A stretch of 64,000 nucleotides of DNA, taken from positions 1,312,001 to 1,376,000 of the forward strand of contig CP186953.1 of assembly GCA_049570475.1 (NCBI GenBank). The letters are read 5' to 3'. This document shows positions 29,095 to 38,558 of this stretch, piece by piece. Position numbers and translations under genes: made by a program. How positions within the stretch are numbered: the stretch's first letter is position 1; each line of letters begins with the position of its first letter. The stretch comes from Candidatus Methanosuratincola verstraetei. Its GTDB lineage: Archaea > Thermoproteota > Methanomethylicia > Methanomethylicales > Methanomethylicaceae. The notes under the pieces were generated by a model. The model was not told the origin of the DNA. It was given only the letters and a program-made list of their open reading frames with translations, and did no database searches.

Positions 29095-29553
29095 CTATGC
29101 GGTCCATTTGGTGTAGGCGTCCGCGAGCCTCTTGAGCGCGCCTGAAAAATCCCTGCTTATCACATACTTTGATTCCGAGGTCCTGTATTCCAGTATTCCC
29201 AGCGGCAAAAGGTAGTCCTTGATTACTGTGTAGGCTGCACTCCTCCTCCGCCTCTTCAGCCTCTCGTTGATATAGTCTGAGAGCTCCTGGGTCGTAACCC
29301 ACCTTGGATACCCCCTGTTCTCGCGGTCGCTCTTGATCTTTATCCATTCAAGTATTAGGGTAGCTATCTCCTTATATGACTCGGCATTAGTGAAGACTAT
29401 CTCGGTGATCTCCTTCAGGCCCATGTTGCCAGAGACCTTCGAGGCAATGAAGTACATCTTGCCGGATCTCTTGGCTCTAGGGACGATCCTCCGAGGCAAT
29501 GTGGATACCCCTTTATTGTGATCTGAATTACGACCATGGAGACCTAATAACAC
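29095..29553 (-). CDS. hypothetical protein, possibly winged-helix (start uncertain, probably ~29499 or 29457)
   Basis: Basic ORF with helix-turn-helix/wing-like C-terminal half; 42 nt upstream of nifB on the same strand. Confidence 0.6.
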   Translation of the reverse strand: MLLGLHGRNSDHNKGVSTLPRRIVPRAKRSGKMYFIASKVSGNMGLKEITEIVFTNAESYKEIATLILEWIKIKSDRENRGYPRWVTTQELSDYINERLKRRRRSAAYTVIKDYLLPLGILEYRTSESKYVISRDFSGALKRLADAYTKWTA

Positions 29554-29626
29554 TTGCCATTTGTTGCACAGATCTAGAAAGATATTTCAGTTTGCGTGCA
29601 CACTTTCTATGTGAGGAGACTCATTT

Positions 29627-30082
29627 TTGCCCAAGCCACAATTCAATGATCGCAAGGAAGCGTTATCTGGGCTCGAGCTCGAGAAGGTGCTTTATGACGC
29701 TTCAGAGAGGCTCTCCTCCCAGATCCTCTCTGGAATCAGCCCTGAAAGAGGGCTGAACCTAACAATCGACGTCTGGGAGCTCGAGAACCTCCTCCTCCCC
29801 GCCCTTAACGCTGCGGTGAACGAGATCCGGATATTTGACGAAATGAAGGCAGAAGATTTCTCTTTTGAGCTGAAGCGGAGGCGCAACACCCTAGCGCATG
29901 ATCTTGTAAACCTGCTCATTGAGTGCCTCAGGGATGCCTATAGGGATGATGTCGCGGTTGAATACGCAGCGACAAAAGTTGTATCGATCAAGTTTCTCAA
30001 AAAGGTTGAAAACCTATCAGTCGTGAAGAAGGAATTCACCAACAGGGTTTATGAAGTGCTCCGGCACCTCCTCGGGAAATAA
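29627..30082 (+). CDS. hypothetical helical protein
   Basis: 151-aa ORF with GAGGAG SD filling the gap before acdA. Confidence 0.65.
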   Translation: MPKPQFNDRKEALSGLELEKVLYDASERLSSQILSGISPERGLNLTIDVWELENLLLPALNAAVNEIRIFDEMKAEDFSFELKRRRNTLAHDLVNLLIECLRDAYRDDVAVEYAATKVVSIKFLKKVENLSVVKKEFTNRVYEVLRHLLGK

Positions 30083-30126
30083 GGGCGAGGCATCCATTTT
30101 TTAGCATGAAGCGCCAAGTTTAATGC

Positions 30127-31527
30127 ATGGGGGATTCATTAGAGCATCTCTTCTCGCCCAGGTCTGTCTGCGTTATAGGGGCTTCAAGGGATCCCGAGGC
30201 CTGGGGCCACGTCCTGCTCCGTAACCTCTTGAACGGCGGATTCCGCGGCAGGATCTATGCCGTGAATCCAAGGGCTAATGAAGTGCTCGGCATACCTTGC
30301 CACAGATCCGTTTTTGAACTTCCTGAGGAGATCGATCTTGCAGTGATCGCCCTCCCAAGCGGTCTCGTCTACGATGCAGTGGTTGAGTGTGGGGAAAAGG
30401 GTGCGAAGTACGCAATCGTGGTCTCAGCCGGATTCGGAGAGTCCGGGCGCTCTGACCTTGAGCGCAAGGTTGTCCAGGCAGCAAGGGCGCGCGGGATGCG
30501 CATCATCGGTCCAAATTGCATGGGGATATACAGCTCCCACTCGGATTTAGTCTCGACCTTTACATCCCTCGTGCCGCCAAGGGGGGAGATCTCGTTTGTA
30601 TCCCAGAGCGGCGCTGTAGGCACGACTGTCCTGGCCTGGGCAAAGGAACATGGCGTTGGGTTCAGCAAGTTCGTAAGCATTGGCAACGAGTCTGACCTCT
30701 CCATCCCTGAACTTCTGGAGTATTTTGAAACTGACGATAGCACGAAGGTGATTGCGCTATACTTGGAGTCAGTGAAGGACGGCAGGCGACTAGTTTCTTC
30801 GTTGTCATCCTGCACCCTGAAGAAACCAGTTGTAGCTATGAAAGTGGGTGTGACTTCTGCTGGTGCCGCAGCCGCTTCATCCCATACGGGGGCTATCGCA
30901 GTCGAGGACAAGATCATTGATGGCGTATTCAGGCAGTATTCTGTGATAAGAGCAAGAGACCCTGCTGAGCTCTTTCGCATATCCTTCGCCTTCTCAAGCC
31001 TACCCATACCATCAGGGAGATCCGCAGCCGTGGTTACGACAGGAGGTGGGTGGGGGATAGAATGCGCCGACGCCCTCGAGATGAAAGGGATTTCGCTCCC
31101 TCCGCTCCCCAGGGAAGTTTTCGAGGTTGCAGATGCGACCCTTCCGGGGTTCTGGTCAAAGAGGAACCCGATAGACATGGTGGCATCCCCAGACCCTTTC
31201 GATTACTCGCGGATACTCGAGGCCGTTCTCAAGTCGCCTGAATTCGACATGGCGTTTCTGTTGGGTTTTGGTACGATCGGATCGATAGCAATGCCGAGCC
31301 TCATAAGATCTGAGATTGAAGCCGCAAAATCGATCTCAGAGATCGTCCGCGCCACAAATAAGCCGCTCTTTGTGGTCGATATGCTCGGCCCATCCCAGAG
31401 CGCGGCCTCACGCGCGCTCATAAAAGCAGGGATCCCTGTATTCCCAAGTTCGTTGTCTGCTGCCGAAGCTGCATCCGCGATGGTAAGGTATCGCGAGTTC
31501 AGGAGACGAAAAAGCTCTAGAACTTGA
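30127..31527 (+). CDS. acdA: ADP-forming acyl-CoA synthetase alpha subunit
   Basis: VIGAS CoA-binding fold, IIGPNCMG, SQSGA, SHTGA phospho-His and NPID; no ATP-grasp beta subunit in the window. Confidence 0.88.
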   Translation: MGDSLEHLFSPRSVCVIGASRDPEAWGHVLLRNLLNGGFRGRIYAVNPRANEVLGIPCHRSVFELPEEIDLAVIALPSGLVYDAVVECGEKGAKYAIVVSAGFGESGRSDLERKVVQAARARGMRIIGPNCMGIYSSHSDLVSTFTSLVPPRGEISFVSQSGAVGTTVLAWAKEHGVGFSKFVSIGNESDLSIPELLEYFETDDSTKVIALYLESVKDGRRLVSSLSSCTLKKPVVAMKVGVTSAGAAAASSHTGAIAVEDKIIDGVFRQYSVIRARDPAELFRISFAFSSLPIPSGRSAAVVTTGGGWGIECADALEMKGISLPPLPREVFEVADATLPGFWSKRNPIDMVASPDPFDYSRILEAVLKSPEFDMAFLLGFGTIGSIAMPSLIRSEIEAAKSISEIVRATNKPLFVVDMLGPSQSAASRALIKAGIPVFPSSLSAAEAASAMVRYREFRRRKSSRT

Positions 31528-31963
31528 TCCTTAAGTCCTCCTTCACAACGTTAAGGGCGATGCTCGTGACCGTCCTCTTGATTGCCTGGATCTTCAGCGC
31601 TTCTTTTATGAAAGTGTTCAGGTCCTCCCTGTTCTTGAATTTGCCAATGGCTATTATGTCGAACTCCCCTGTTGTGTCGTAGACTGCAATAATCGACTTG
31701 GATGTCGCGAGCTTCTCCTCGACCTCGACAATCTTCTCGCCCTCTACCTGCATGAGCACTATTGCAGTCAGCCCGTAACCTAGCTTCTCAGCATCAACAA
31801 TAGCCGAGAAGCTCTTGATCAGCCCGATCTCTTTCAGCCTCTTTATCCTGTTGTGGACCGTGCCGACTGAAAGGTTCAGCTTTTCGGCGATATCCCTGTA
31901 GCTGGTCATCGCATCTTCTTGAAGCTCCCTGAGTATCATCAGGTCAATCTCATCATAAAACAT
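31517..31963 (-). CDS. Lrp/AsnC-family regulator
   Basis: DEIDLMILRELQEDA..SYRDIA..LNLSVGTVHNRIKRL; TTGEFD. Confidence 0.92.
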   Translation of the reverse strand: MFYDEIDLMILRELQEDAMTSYRDIAEKLNLSVGTVHNRIKRLKEIGLIKSFSAIVDAEKLGYGLTAIVLMQVEGEKIVEVEEKLATSKSIIAVYDTTGEFDIIAIGKFKNREDLNTFIKEALKIQAIKRTVTSIALNVVKEDLRIKF

Positions 31964-31975
31964 TCTTTCACCTCC

Positions 31976-32413
31976 TTATGGCTCCAGTGGCGCGTCCTTC
32001 AGCTTCCTGAGGACAACGTGCGTCTTAGTCGTCTTTGTGAAATCCATGGAGCGCACCCTCTCTATCACCCTCTCAAGCTCCTTCACGTCCCTGCATGTGA
32101 CTTTGATCAACAAATCGAAGTCTCCAGTAACGGTGTATAGTTCGGATATCGCCGGATCGTTCAGGAGCTCTGATCCTGCAACAGGGCCCATTTCCCCGCC
32201 TACATCTACCCCCACAAATGCGGTGACCCCTTTCCCCAGCTTCTCAGGGTCTATTTTGATTGTGAATTTGGTGATTATCCCCTCGTCGAGGAGTTTCTTG
32301 ACCCTCCTCCTGACAGCAGTCTCCGAGATGCCTACATTGCACGAGAGGTCAGTGTATGAAATCCTTGAATCCTCCTGAAGCAGCTTTAGTATTTTCATGT
32401 CGATCTCATCCAT
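31976..32413 (-). CDS. Lrp/AsnC-family regulator
   Basis: DEIDMKIL..LQEDSRISY...GISETAVRRRV; VTGDFD. Confidence 0.92.
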   Translation of the reverse strand: MDEIDMKILKLLQEDSRISYTDLSCNVGISETAVRRRVKKLLDEGIITKFTIKIDPEKLGKGVTAFVGVDVGGEMGPVAGSELLNDPAISELYTVTGDFDLLIKVTCRDVKELERVIERVRSMDFTKTTKTHVVLRKLKDAPLEP

Positions 32414-32491
32414 AGTTGAACACTCCGGTATGCCAAAGAGATTAATGCAATTTAAATCTTAAAAGAGTAGTGTTGCAATAGGTATTGTCAG

Positions 32492-34219
32492 ATGGTAGCA
32501 ATGAGCAAGTCAGTCGTCCTTAAGGTTTTGCTCCTCGTCCTCGTGGGCGTCATCTTCTCTTCATTCCTCGCCTCGGATGCATGGCGTTCATCCCCGAAGA
32601 GCTTGGTTGAGAACTTCAACACCACTTTCTGGGACAATGGGACTACATACCCGCCGTTGGAGATGAACGTGAGCTATATCGGGAACACGACGGTCGGGGG
32701 CGTCGTGCTGGATGAGTATGATGCATTCTTCAACAGCCATTTCTTCAACGGCACTGCGATAAGGATACATGCTGTGATACTCAAGCCCCCCGGTGAGGAC
32801 CTGCCGGCGGTCCTGCTTCTTCACGGAACTGGCGGCTCCCACTTGCAGCTGATCCAGTACGGCAGGGCGCTTTCATCCCATGGCTATGTCGTAGTGCTCA
32901 TGGACTCGCCGGGCTGCGGGCTGTCCTCCGGGCCAACCTCCTCCCCTGAGAACACGGTGGACTTCAGCGGAGGTCCTTACAGTGCCTACTATTACCACAA
33001 CGTGATCGCAGCCAGGAGGGCGATCACTGCGATATCGGAACTCCCATACGTCAACCCCGACGCAATCGCCGTCTCTGGGGCCTCGATGGGAGGGGTGGCG
33101 ACTTATTTGGTCGCCGCGACCGATAGCCGGGTGAAAGCAGCAATACCTGTTGTAGCGAGCGGCTATTTTGACGAGATCGTTATGGGGGGAAGCTTCGCCA
33201 ACTTCATAGTCCCTCCGGGGGCGAATTTCAATGACCAGGCTGTGATGGACTTGATAAAATACTTTGACTGCAGGGCATATGCTGCAAACTTGAGTGTGCC
33301 TACCCTGCTCCTCATCGGTACCCATGATGAGTTCTTCTTCATCGAGGCAGTCAACAAGACGTATTCAATCATCCCTTGCGATAAGGCGATCAACCTGGCG
33401 CCGAATACTGGGCATGCAATGCCCGACAACAGATGGCTGGTGTCATCAGTGATATGGCTTGACCACTACCTGAAAGGGTCAAGCGAGAGGCTGCCTTCCG
33501 TCCCTGTTCCGAGCGCTGAGCCTGCCAATTTCTACACCTCTATAAGGATCGTTGTGCCCGATCCCGAGAATGTTTCTGTCTTCTACAGGGATGGGTTGCC
33601 GGGGTCACTCTGGGTCGAGCAGGATTTGTCCAAAGGGGACCTGTTGCCTATGCCCCTGTTCCCTACCACTGTCAGCTATTTCATAGGGATCAAGTCTAAC
33701 GGAACAATTGTCTCCACAAGCCCTGTTTACCAGATCTCGGTCGTCCCTTCTGCATTTGTAATTTCTTTGGCATTCTTGGTTGCTGTTATGCTAGTGCTCT
33801 TCATTAACTGGCGCGAAGAAGTGCTTGGCATTGAGATGGATGCGTCGAGTTTACTCCTCTTCATCGCTGGCCTCTTGATTTGGATCGTTGCTGCATTCGC
33901 AACCTCATTGCCTTGGATCGATTTCACTGGTAGGACATCCGTTAGCCTTCTGCAGCTCTGGGACAGGTACGCGCTGCACTTTGCGCCCTTCGCCCTTCTC
34001 TTATTGGGGCTGTTTGGTTCATTGCTTGCCTTTGCTGCCCGGATCTGGCTAGGCGGTCTGGCATTGCTCTTCACCTTCGGTTGGGTATATTACTTCTTGA
34101 TCCCCCTCACCTCGCTCAGCCCTAGCGTGGTTTCGCTTGGCTTCGGAGCTTACTTGGTTGGGATATGCATTGCGGCGTCTTTCCTGATACCTGCCGTGCT
34201 GAAGATCGTCAGGGGATGA
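32492..34219 (+). CDS. membrane-anchored extracellular alpha/beta hydrolase (esterase-like)
   Basis: N-terminal signal/TM, LLLHGTGG, GASMGG nucleophile elbow, HDEFF and GH triad candidates, many NxS/T sequons, C-terminal TM bundle. Confidence 0.8.
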   Translation: MVAMSKSVVLKVLLLVLVGVIFSSFLASDAWRSSPKSLVENFNTTFWDNGTTYPPLEMNVSYIGNTTVGGVVLDEYDAFFNSHFFNGTAIRIHAVILKPPGEDLPAVLLLHGTGGSHLQLIQYGRALSSHGYVVVLMDSPGCGLSSGPTSSPENTVDFSGGPYSAYYYHNVIAARRAITAISELPYVNPDAIAVSGASMGGVATYLVAATDSRVKAAIPVVASGYFDEIVMGGSFANFIVPPGANFNDQAVMDLIKYFDCRAYAANLSVPTLLLIGTHDEFFFIEAVNKTYSIIPCDKAINLAPNTGHAMPDNRWLVSSVIWLDHYLKGSSERLPSVPVPSAEPANFYTSIRIVVPDPENVSVFYRDGLPGSLWVEQDLSKGDLLPMPLFPTTVSYFIGIKSNGTIVSTSPVYQISVVPSAFVISLAFLVAVMLVLFINWREEVLGIEMDASSLLLFIAGLLIWIVAAFATSLPWIDFTGRTSVSLLQLWDRYALHFAPFALLLLGLFGSLLAFAARIWLGGLALLFTFGWVYYFLIPLTSLSPSVVSLGFGAYLVGICIAASFLIPAVLKIVRG

Positions 34220-34267
34220 TCTGCATTGCCCGCCCTCCGACAAATATATACCATCTTGTAGGCATAG

Positions 34268-34630
34268 GTGTCTGACATGCGCCCTTCGTGCGAGGTCGTT
34301 TCCAGATACGTTTTGCCGGTCTTCAGGTCGATGGTTGCTAAGGACATGATGAGCAAGTACAAGATCTCTCAATCCGAGGTTGCATCAAAGCTTGGCGTTA
34401 CCCAGGCTGCAATCAGCCATTACCTGAAGTCAAAGCGCGGCGCCAAGATGGCCTCAGAGCTGGAAACGATACCTGAGGTGAAGGCTGCAGTTGCCAAGAT
34501 CTCTGAAGAGCTGATGAGCAAGAAAAGCGAAGACGACCTTCTCTTCGACGAATTCTGCGGACTCTGCAAGATAATCAGGAAAAATTCCTTGCTCTGGGAG
34601 CGGATGGAGGCGATACTACAAAACCGGTGA
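34268..34630 (+). CDS. archaeal HTH transcriptional regulator (COG2522-like)
   Basis: PSCE....VLP..R, SQSEVASKLGVTQAAISHYL..KRG, C-terminal CxxC. Confidence 0.85.
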   Translation: MSDMRPSCEVVSRYVLPVFRSMVAKDMMSKYKISQSEVASKLGVTQAAISHYLKSKRGAKMASELETIPEVKAAVAKISEELMSKKSEDDLLFDEFCGLCKIIRKNSLLWERMEAILQNR

Positions 34631-35536
34631 AGAAAGCCTCTCCCTGAATGAGTACCATCTCCTCCCCCTCTTCTCCACGTGCCCCTCGGCCTCTAGGTAC
34701 TTCAGGTACGAAATCGCCTGGTTTATTGGGAGTATGATCTTGTAGGGTGCCTGAGCCAGGTCTAGCCCCCTGTAGAGTGAAATCACAATTTCCTTGAGCG
34801 TCGCCCCTCCTTTTGTGACGCGGAGGACCTCCTCCAGCCTTGAAACAAAGTGGGACTCCAACGCCTCGATCTCTGCCCTTGCGAGGGGGGCCCTCTCGTG
34901 CCCGGGGTAAATGAATTTGAAGACCTTGAGCTTCTCCAGTGAATTGAACTCCTCCTTAAGGTCCGTCACAGCGGTGCTTCCTTCGATCGCTGCGTCGCCG
35001 CAGAAGACCGCCTCGCCTGCGACCACGCCGACACTACCTTCGGTGTGCCCAGGCAAGTGCAATGTCCTTACAGCGCCTCCTGCAAGGCTTGTCTCTGTAA
35101 ACGTTTCATAGACTGCGGATCTCGTGAGAATTGAGGCTGCGGTAATCAGCTTGATCCTTGCCTCCCCGAGGACACTTGGATCAAAGCCTCCCTCCACGGC
35201 ATGCTCGTACGCCTCTTCGAACCATTTTGAATAGTGGCTGCTGTAGTCTGACAGCATGCCCGCGTCTGCCTCGTGAACCATGAGGGCTGCCCCTGTCTCC
35301 TGTTGGAGATACGCTCCGAGGCTGAAGTGATCGAGGTGACCGTGCGTGAGCAGTATTACATCAAGATCCCACGCCCCTGCCTTCTCGAGCGTCTTGCGTA
35401 TGAACCTCCTGTTCTCCTCGCTGTCGAGCCCAGAATCAACGAGGATCTTGGCCTCCCCCTCCAGTAAATAGGCATTCGTGCTCCTGCCGCTCCCGTACTC
35501 GCTAGGGAAAGGGACCTTTATCTGGGTGATTTTCAT
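34616..35536 (-). CDS. metallo-beta-lactamase fold hydrolase with C-terminal wHTH
   Basis: LVDSG, THGHLDH, PGHT, GD and PGH motifs; ATG at 35536 chosen as start. Confidence 0.85.
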   Translation of the reverse strand: MKITQIKVPFPSEYGSGRSTNAYLLEGEAKILVDSGLDSEENRRFIRKTLEKAGAWDLDVILLTHGHLDHFSLGAYLQQETGAALMVHEADAGMLSDYSSHYSKWFEEAYEHAVEGGFDPSVLGEARIKLITAASILTRSAVYETFTETSLAGGAVRTLHLPGHTEGSVGVVAGEAVFCGDAAIEGSTAVTDLKEEFNSLEKLKVFKFIYPGHERAPLARAEIEALESHFVSRLEEVLRVTKGGATLKEIVISLYRGLDLAQAPYKIILPINQAISYLKYLEAEGHVEKRGRRWYSFRERLSSPVL

Positions 35537-35631
35537 CTCATCCACAATGGAATTCAACACGCAAAGGTATTTCTTTTTTTGGTTTCCCTCTATTCCGCGA
35601 TCAGCCACCGCTCTGAATATGCAAAAAGCCT

Positions 35632-35670
35632 AAATATAACGGAGAAAAATATAACGCAAAGAAATATATT
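35632..35670 (+). repeat. three direct repeats with 15-nt period (AAATATAACG x2, AAATATATT)
   Basis: Copies start at 35632, 35647 and 35662, in the divergent promoter region. Confidence 0.6.
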
Positions 35671-35683
35671 TTAGGGGGCTGTT

Positions 35684-36238
35684 GTGGTGGGCAATCATGC
35701 AGAGCTTGGCGACGTCGAGGATAGGGTATTGCAGCTGATGGCTTCCGACTCGCAGACAAGGTTCAGTTTCCAGGGCATGAAGAGGGCACTCAAGGTCCAT
35801 CAGGAGAGGCTGTCGAGGGGCCTCAGCCGGCTTCACTCTCAGGGGTATATCCTGAAGGATAACGACGGTTACCTCATAACCCCCAAAGGAAAGAAGGCAG
35901 CAGGGCGCTTGGGTTCTGGATCCAGAAGGATTGTGGTGGGGACCTCTTACATGCCGCCCGGAACCGATTTGCAATATGTTGAGAGCCAGCTCAAGGGGCG
36001 TTGGTTCGGCGGAATGCGTTGGCTTGGCGCCTCATCAGAAGGCGCCTCGAGAACCCTCAAGTGGGTCAGCGAGGATGGCGACGTACAAGTGGGTCTTAAA
36101 GTCAGTAACGATGCGCTCGAGGTAATCCTCGAATCATTCTCGCCCAACGAAGAACCAAGGGCGAGGGAGATGGCTTCGCGGCTTTTCGTTAAGATGGTGA
36201 ACGCCATCTATGGCAGGCGCAAAAGCCAGGAGAATTGA
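35684..36238 (+). CDS. winged-helix domain protein
   Basis: FSFQGMKRALKVHQERLSRGLSRL...GYLITPKG wHTH plus a C-terminal alpha/beta domain. Confidence 0.75.
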   Translation: MVGNHAELGDVEDRVLQLMASDSQTRFSFQGMKRALKVHQERLSRGLSRLHSQGYILKDNDGYLITPKGKKAAGRLGSGSRRIVVGTSYMPPGTDLQYVESQLKGRWFGGMRWLGASSEGASRTLKWVSEDGDVQVGLKVSNDALEVILESFSPNEEPRAREMASRLFVKMVNAIYGRRKSQEN

Positions 36239-36281
36239 GCAATCCTTTCCACCTAGCCTAGCCATGGCGTGACTTGGTTTG

Positions 36282-36307
36282 GGGGAATCTAGTCTATAAG
36301 ATTCCCC
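36282..36307. promoter_or_regulatory. perfect 9-bp inverted repeat upstream of the proteasome beta gene
   Basis: GGGGAATCT-AGTCTATA-AGATTCCCC. Confidence 0.5.
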
Positions 36308-36334
36308 TTCGTGCAAATTATCCATGTGGTCGTC

Positions 36335-36925
36335 ATGACAACAATCGTAGCAATTAGGTGCGTGGACGGCGTTGTGCTCGCCTCCGACAGGCGCGCCAGC
36401 AAGGGCGGCATGATCGGGTCGAAGGCCGTCAAAAAGATATACCCTATAGATGGCAGGAAGGCGGTGGCGATAGCTGGGCAGCTGTCAGATGCCAATTACC
36501 TGGTCAACCTGGTTAAAGCCGAGGCCAAACTCATGGAATTCAACCGGGGTTTCCCCCTCACTGTCAAGGAGGTTGCAAAACTGCTTTCAAACATGCTCTA
36601 CTCGGGCATGCGTAACTATGCCCCGTACATCACAGAGCTACTGGTGGCTGGGGTTGACGAGACCGGTCCGAATGTCTTTGAGGCAGACATCAGCGGCGCA
36701 GTGACAGATGAGATGTTCACCTCCTCGGGATCCGGCTCACCGATGGCTTATGGCGTGCTCGAGGCGTCATACAGGGAGGGGCTCACTGTCAAGGAAGGAG
36801 CTGAGATCGCGAAGAGGGCGGTTAGGTCTGCGATGGAGAGGGATCCCGGATCTGGAAATGGCGTCCAGCTCATGGTAATTACGGAGAAGGGTTCGGAGTT
36901 TCTGGATGCAGGGGGTGCTGCATAG
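36335..36925 (+). CDS. psmB: 20S proteasome beta subunit, apparently without propeptide
   Basis: M-TTIVAI..DGVVLASDRRA (Thr1, Asp17), KKI (Lys33), SSGSGS and RDPGSG Ntn-hydrolase motifs. Confidence 0.9.
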   Translation: MTTIVAIRCVDGVVLASDRRASKGGMIGSKAVKKIYPIDGRKAVAIAGQLSDANYLVNLVKAEAKLMEFNRGFPLTVKEVAKLLSNMLYSGMRNYAPYITELLVAGVDETGPNVFEADISGAVTDEMFTSSGSGSPMAYGVLEASYREGLTVKEGAEIAKRAVRSAMERDPGSGNGVQLMVITEKGSEFLDAGGAA

Positions 36926-37606
36926 ATGTTGCCAAGGGGATCTGAAGGGGCTTACATGATGTATACCCCTGATGGGCGCTTGGTCCAGGTAGAGTACGCA
37001 GCCGAAGCGGCAAAATATGGTTCGCCCGTGGTCGCGGTGCGTGGTAAAGGATTTGCAGTGATGGTGGCGCGGACGAAAGAGCCTGATCCGCTCCTGGATC
37101 CAATGGAGAAGATACACATGGTAGACGAGAACATAGGGATCGCTGGTGCGGGTTTCACGGGTGACATACAGCTGCTGGTCGATCAGGCCAGGATCGAAGC
37201 TCAGCGCCACAGGCTTGTCTTCGAGGATCCTATAGACGTGAAGACGCTTGTTAACCAGCTGGGGCAATTCATGTACCAGTTCACCCGATACGGCAACGTG
37301 AGGCCTCTTGGCGCCTCTCTCATAGTAATGGGATCTGACCGAATAGGCAACCACATATTCCAGCTTGACACCAGGGGTCTGCTGCTCAGCGGGAAAGCCC
37401 TTGCCATAGGAAAGAACAGCGAGGCTGCAATCTCATTGCTGAGGGGCGAGTACAGGCCCGATATCGGCATGAAGGATGCGATCAACCTGGCTGTGAAGGC
37501 GCTCTCGAGCGCCGAGGACGGCGAGAGCCCTGTTGAGGTCGGCATTGCGAAGGGCATGTCCTTCAAGAAGATGTGCCTGAGGGATGCCCTCGAATCCAAG
37601 GAGTAG
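36926..37606 (+). CDS. psmA: 20S proteasome alpha-type subunit, divergent
   Basis: YTPDGRLVQVEYA, EKI..VDENIG, QFTRYGNVRPLGASL and AIGKNS; lacks the N-terminal YDR motif. Confidence 0.85.
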   Translation: MLPRGSEGAYMMYTPDGRLVQVEYAAEAAKYGSPVVAVRGKGFAVMVARTKEPDPLLDPMEKIHMVDENIGIAGAGFTGDIQLLVDQARIEAQRHRLVFEDPIDVKTLVNQLGQFMYQFTRYGNVRPLGASLIVMGSDRIGNHIFQLDTRGLLLSGKALAIGKNSEAAISLLRGEYRPDIGMKDAINLAVKALSSAEDGESPVEVGIAKGMSFKKMCLRDALESKE

Positions 37607-37716
37607 CCGTTTGGAATTTCCTTCTCCTTTTTTTGTTTCAATTGCATTGGCATCGATGGCATCCGATCCACAAAAGGTCTTTTATTGCACCCAGCTGCTT
37701 TTCTGTAATGGTGTAG

Positions 37717-38466
37717 ATGTTGATAGACGTACATGCCCACCTGACTGATCCTGCTTTCAGCGATCTCCCTGAAGTGATAAGAAGGGCAAAGGCTGCAGGA
37801 GTTGCCGCAGTTGTGACTTCGATAACAGACCCTGCGGATCTGCCAAAAGCGAAGAGCATAATCGAGCAGTATGGCGGCTATGTGTTTCTTACCGTTGGCC
37901 TGGATCCTGCACTCCTATCTGAAGAGAAGCTCAGCGAATTCAGGTCAGCGCTGAAAGCTTCCCCTATAGTGGGAGTTGGGGAGGTCGGTCTGGATCACTT
38001 CTACGTCAGGGATGCGCCTCTCATGGAAATCCAGGAGCGGCATTTCAGGGAGTGCATAAGGGACGCCATCTCGATGGACAAGCCCTTGGTGATCCATTCG
38101 AGAAGCGCCGGGCGGAAGGCATTGGAGGTGCTGTACTCGGAAGGAGCAGAAAGGGTCCTTATGCATGCCTTCGACGGGAAGGTCGGGGACGCCTTGGCTG
38201 CGGCAAAAAAGGGATATTTCTTCTCCATACCAACTTCGGTGGTGCATTCGGATCAGAAGCAGAAGCTAGCCCGCCTTTTGCCGATCGAATCGTTGATGCT
38301 TGAGACCGACTCTCCTGTCCTCTCGCCTGTCAGGGGTGAGCGAAACGAGCCTGCAAACTTGATCCACTCTGCGAGGAAGGTAGCTGAAATTAAGAGGATC
38401 CCGCTTGAGAAGGTCGTTGAGGCCACCTCCGCAAATGCATTGAGCTTCTACAGGATAACTCTCTGA
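37717..38466 (+). CDS. tatD: TatD-family deoxyribonuclease
   Basis: DVHAH, GEVGLD, IHSR, MHAF, LETDSP and RNEP motifs. Confidence 0.92.
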   Translation: MLIDVHAHLTDPAFSDLPEVIRRAKAAGVAAVVTSITDPADLPKAKSIIEQYGGYVFLTVGLDPALLSEEKLSEFRSALKASPIVGVGEVGLDHFYVRDAPLMEIQERHFRECIRDAISMDKPLVIHSRSAGRKALEVLYSEGAERVLMHAFDGKVGDALAAAKKGYFFSIPTSVVHSDQKQKLARLLPIESLMLETDSPVLSPVRGERNEPANLIHSARKVAEIKRIPLEKVVEATSANALSFYRITL

Positions 38467-38558
38467 AATTTACTAGTTCATGGTAATTGATTCTTTCATT
38501 TAAAAAAAATTTTTATATGCCCTAATAAAAGTTAGAGTTGGCTATGGGGTATTGATTT

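Noticed and set aside
31517-32413. Tandem Lrp genes as a novel system
   Set aside because: Multiple and hetero-oligomerising Lrp paralogues are common in archaea.
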